A stretch of DNA of 33,028 nt from contig JAHJBU010000053.1 in NCBI GenBank assembly GCA_018813375.1, positions 1 to 33,028 of the forward strand. The letters are read 5' to 3'. This DNA is from Patescibacteria group bacterium. Lineage in GTDB: Bacteria > Patescibacteriota > Microgenomatia > UBA1400 > PJMF01. A program made the translations under genes and the position numbers. This document shows, piece by piece, positions 31,649 to 33,028 of the stretch (positions within the stretch are counted from its first letter, which is position 1; each line of letters starts with the position of its first letter). The notes beneath the pieces were generated by a model that saw only the letters and a list, made by a program, of their open reading frames with translations, was not told the origin of the DNA and did no database searches.

Positions 31649-31798
31649 GATTGTGGACTCTTTACTTTATTAAATATTAATTCTATTATATCAGGAAAAT
31701 GTTTAACTCAGGCAGAGAAACAAACAAAAGCCCTTTATAGCAATTTCATGAGTCTACAACTTGACAAGAGATTTTTAAAACTTAAACTTTATAAATAA

Positions 31799-32992
31799 TT
31801 ACTCCAAGCTATTGGCAATTGTAATTAGATCTTCTAAGCTGGATTGAGGACTCATTAGTGAAATCAAAATATTGTCAGTAGTCACAAAGGTAACTGTCTT
31901 AATTTGAAAATTGCCTGTTTCTGAGTTTGTAATAATTAATGTGGCCTGGTTGTTGATAGCGTTAGGCATGGCTATTTGTTTAGTGTCGGTATTAGAAGGA
32001 AAAATAGAGTCAACATAATTTGTAAAATTAAAACCAGTAGGAACATCAACCTGATTCATCACAATTAAAGAAGGGCTATTTCTAGCATAAAGCATGTCGT
32101 TTAATGAATGATCAAATGCAACTCTTATATAGTCAGTTCTGCCAGCTAGGTTATGTTTAGGAGAGTTGTTTAGGTAAAAGTTGGTAGCATAAACACGGTT
32201 ATTGGGCAATCTAGTTGGTCTATAGATATGAATATCAGTTTGTTCAGACAGTTGAGTGAGACCATGATCTGTATCTGTTGACTGTATGTATGTTTGAATA
32301 AGAAGAAAGCTAGAAGGCAATATAAGGATCGCACAAGTGATAATTAAAAAAGTTTTTTTTCCAGCTGTAAGTGGAGTAGCTGGTAGTGTGAATTTTTTAT
32401 ACGAAATTAACAAAAGAATAAGAATTATAACTGCAACTAAATAATCAAGCGAAATACTGCTGAAGATTGATGCCATGCCATTTATACCCGCTATTACCTC
32501 TTGGGTGTCATTGGTAATTTGAAAATTTGCTTTGTAAATTAAGGGCAACGTGGCGTTGATGATAATTGTTAAAACTATTGGCACAATCAGTACTATTGCA
32601 AGTGAGATAAGCCAACTTTTTTTTGAGCCATCTTTTACTTTAAAGGCAGAAAAAAGGTATATGCCGCTGGCAATTGCAAAAATGATCGGGAACCAACCAT
32701 AGCCAGGAATGAGAGAAAGAAAATCTGCTGATATTAAACCATGGCTTGCAGAAGCAATACTATATTTTAAAATTAGTAAGATTGCCATATTGCCAAGCCA
32801 CATGATTCCAGCAAGGAATGCCAATAAAATCAACAACAGAGAAATTGATTTGCAACTTTTTGGTGGATCTAATAAATCTGGAGTTGGAGTTACTAAAGGA
32901 CTTGGTTGATTGATGGGAACAACTGGTTGAGTGGGTTGTAGTGGTTGATTTGAGACGGGTTGGAGGGGTTGAAGAGCAAGGGGTTGTTGCAT
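31799..32992 (-). CDS. membrane protein with a Pro/Gln-rich N-terminus, about 6 TM segments and a C-terminal extracytoplasmic domain
   Basis: Track ORF. The N-terminus has QPLQP repeats, followed by several long hydrophobic segments. No family recognised. Confidence 0.65.
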   Translation of the reverse strand: MQQPLALQPLQPVSNQPLQPTQPVVPINQPSPLVTPTPDLLDPPKSCKSISLLLILLAFLAGIMWLGNMAILLILKYSIASASHGLISADFLSLIPGYGWFPIIFAIASGIYLFSAFKVKDGSKKSWLISLAIVLIVPIVLTIIINATLPLIYKANFQITNDTQEVIAGINGMASIFSSISLDYLVAVIILILLLISYKKFTLPATPLTAGKKTFLIITCAILILPSSFLLIQTYIQSTDTDHGLTQLSEQTDIHIYRPTRLPNNRVYATNFYLNNSPKHNLAGRTDYIRVAFDHSLNDMLYARNSPSLIVMNQVDVPTGFNFTNYVDSIFPSNTDTKQIAMPNAINNQATLIITNSETGNFQIKTVTFVTTDNILISLMSPQSSLEDLITIANSLE

Positions 32993-33028
32993 TATTTTAG
33001 TTTAGCATATATAATACTCTCTTACTTA

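Overview
This is an AT-rich bacterial accessory region. Its gene content (a CxxC-x17-CxxC protein, Fic-HTH proteins, many small hypotheticals) resembles Patescibacteria/CPR, but that is inference only. Non-CDS coordinates were counted by eye and may be off by 1-2 nt; CDS coordinates follow the ORF track.

Left part (1-9.6 kb): a translationally coupled operon starts with an RloB-like gene cut by the window edge, followed by an AlbA_2/Schlafen-like protein, a helical protein and a membrane protein. I read it as a candidate abortive-infection locus. After it come a serine-recombinase remnant abutted by a 1.1-kb IS, then PRiA4_ORF3, C15-like peptidase, AAA_14/DUF4143 ATPase and SleB-like hydrolase genes.

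From about 9.7 to 31.0 kb the dominant structure is an integron-like array. About 13 same-strand copies of a 30-nt junction motif (consensus AAGTCCTAACTTGGTCCAACCCGGGGAGCA) separate gene-sized cassettes whose genes lie on either strand. The cargo includes three Fic proteins, HAD and Cof hydrolases, two Nudix hydrolases (one split by a 1.5-kb IS with a 15-bp target duplication), HD, CPBP, TspO, EamA, ATP-grasp, an AbiEi/AbiEii-like pair, a methyltransferase-like protein and a three-gene operon ending in a caspase-like protein.

The junctions are modular (motif plus alternative hairpin modules) and littered with gene remnants. The motif is not a canonical attC site, and I recognise no tyrosine recombinase in the window.

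I found no rRNA, tRNA or CRISPR array.
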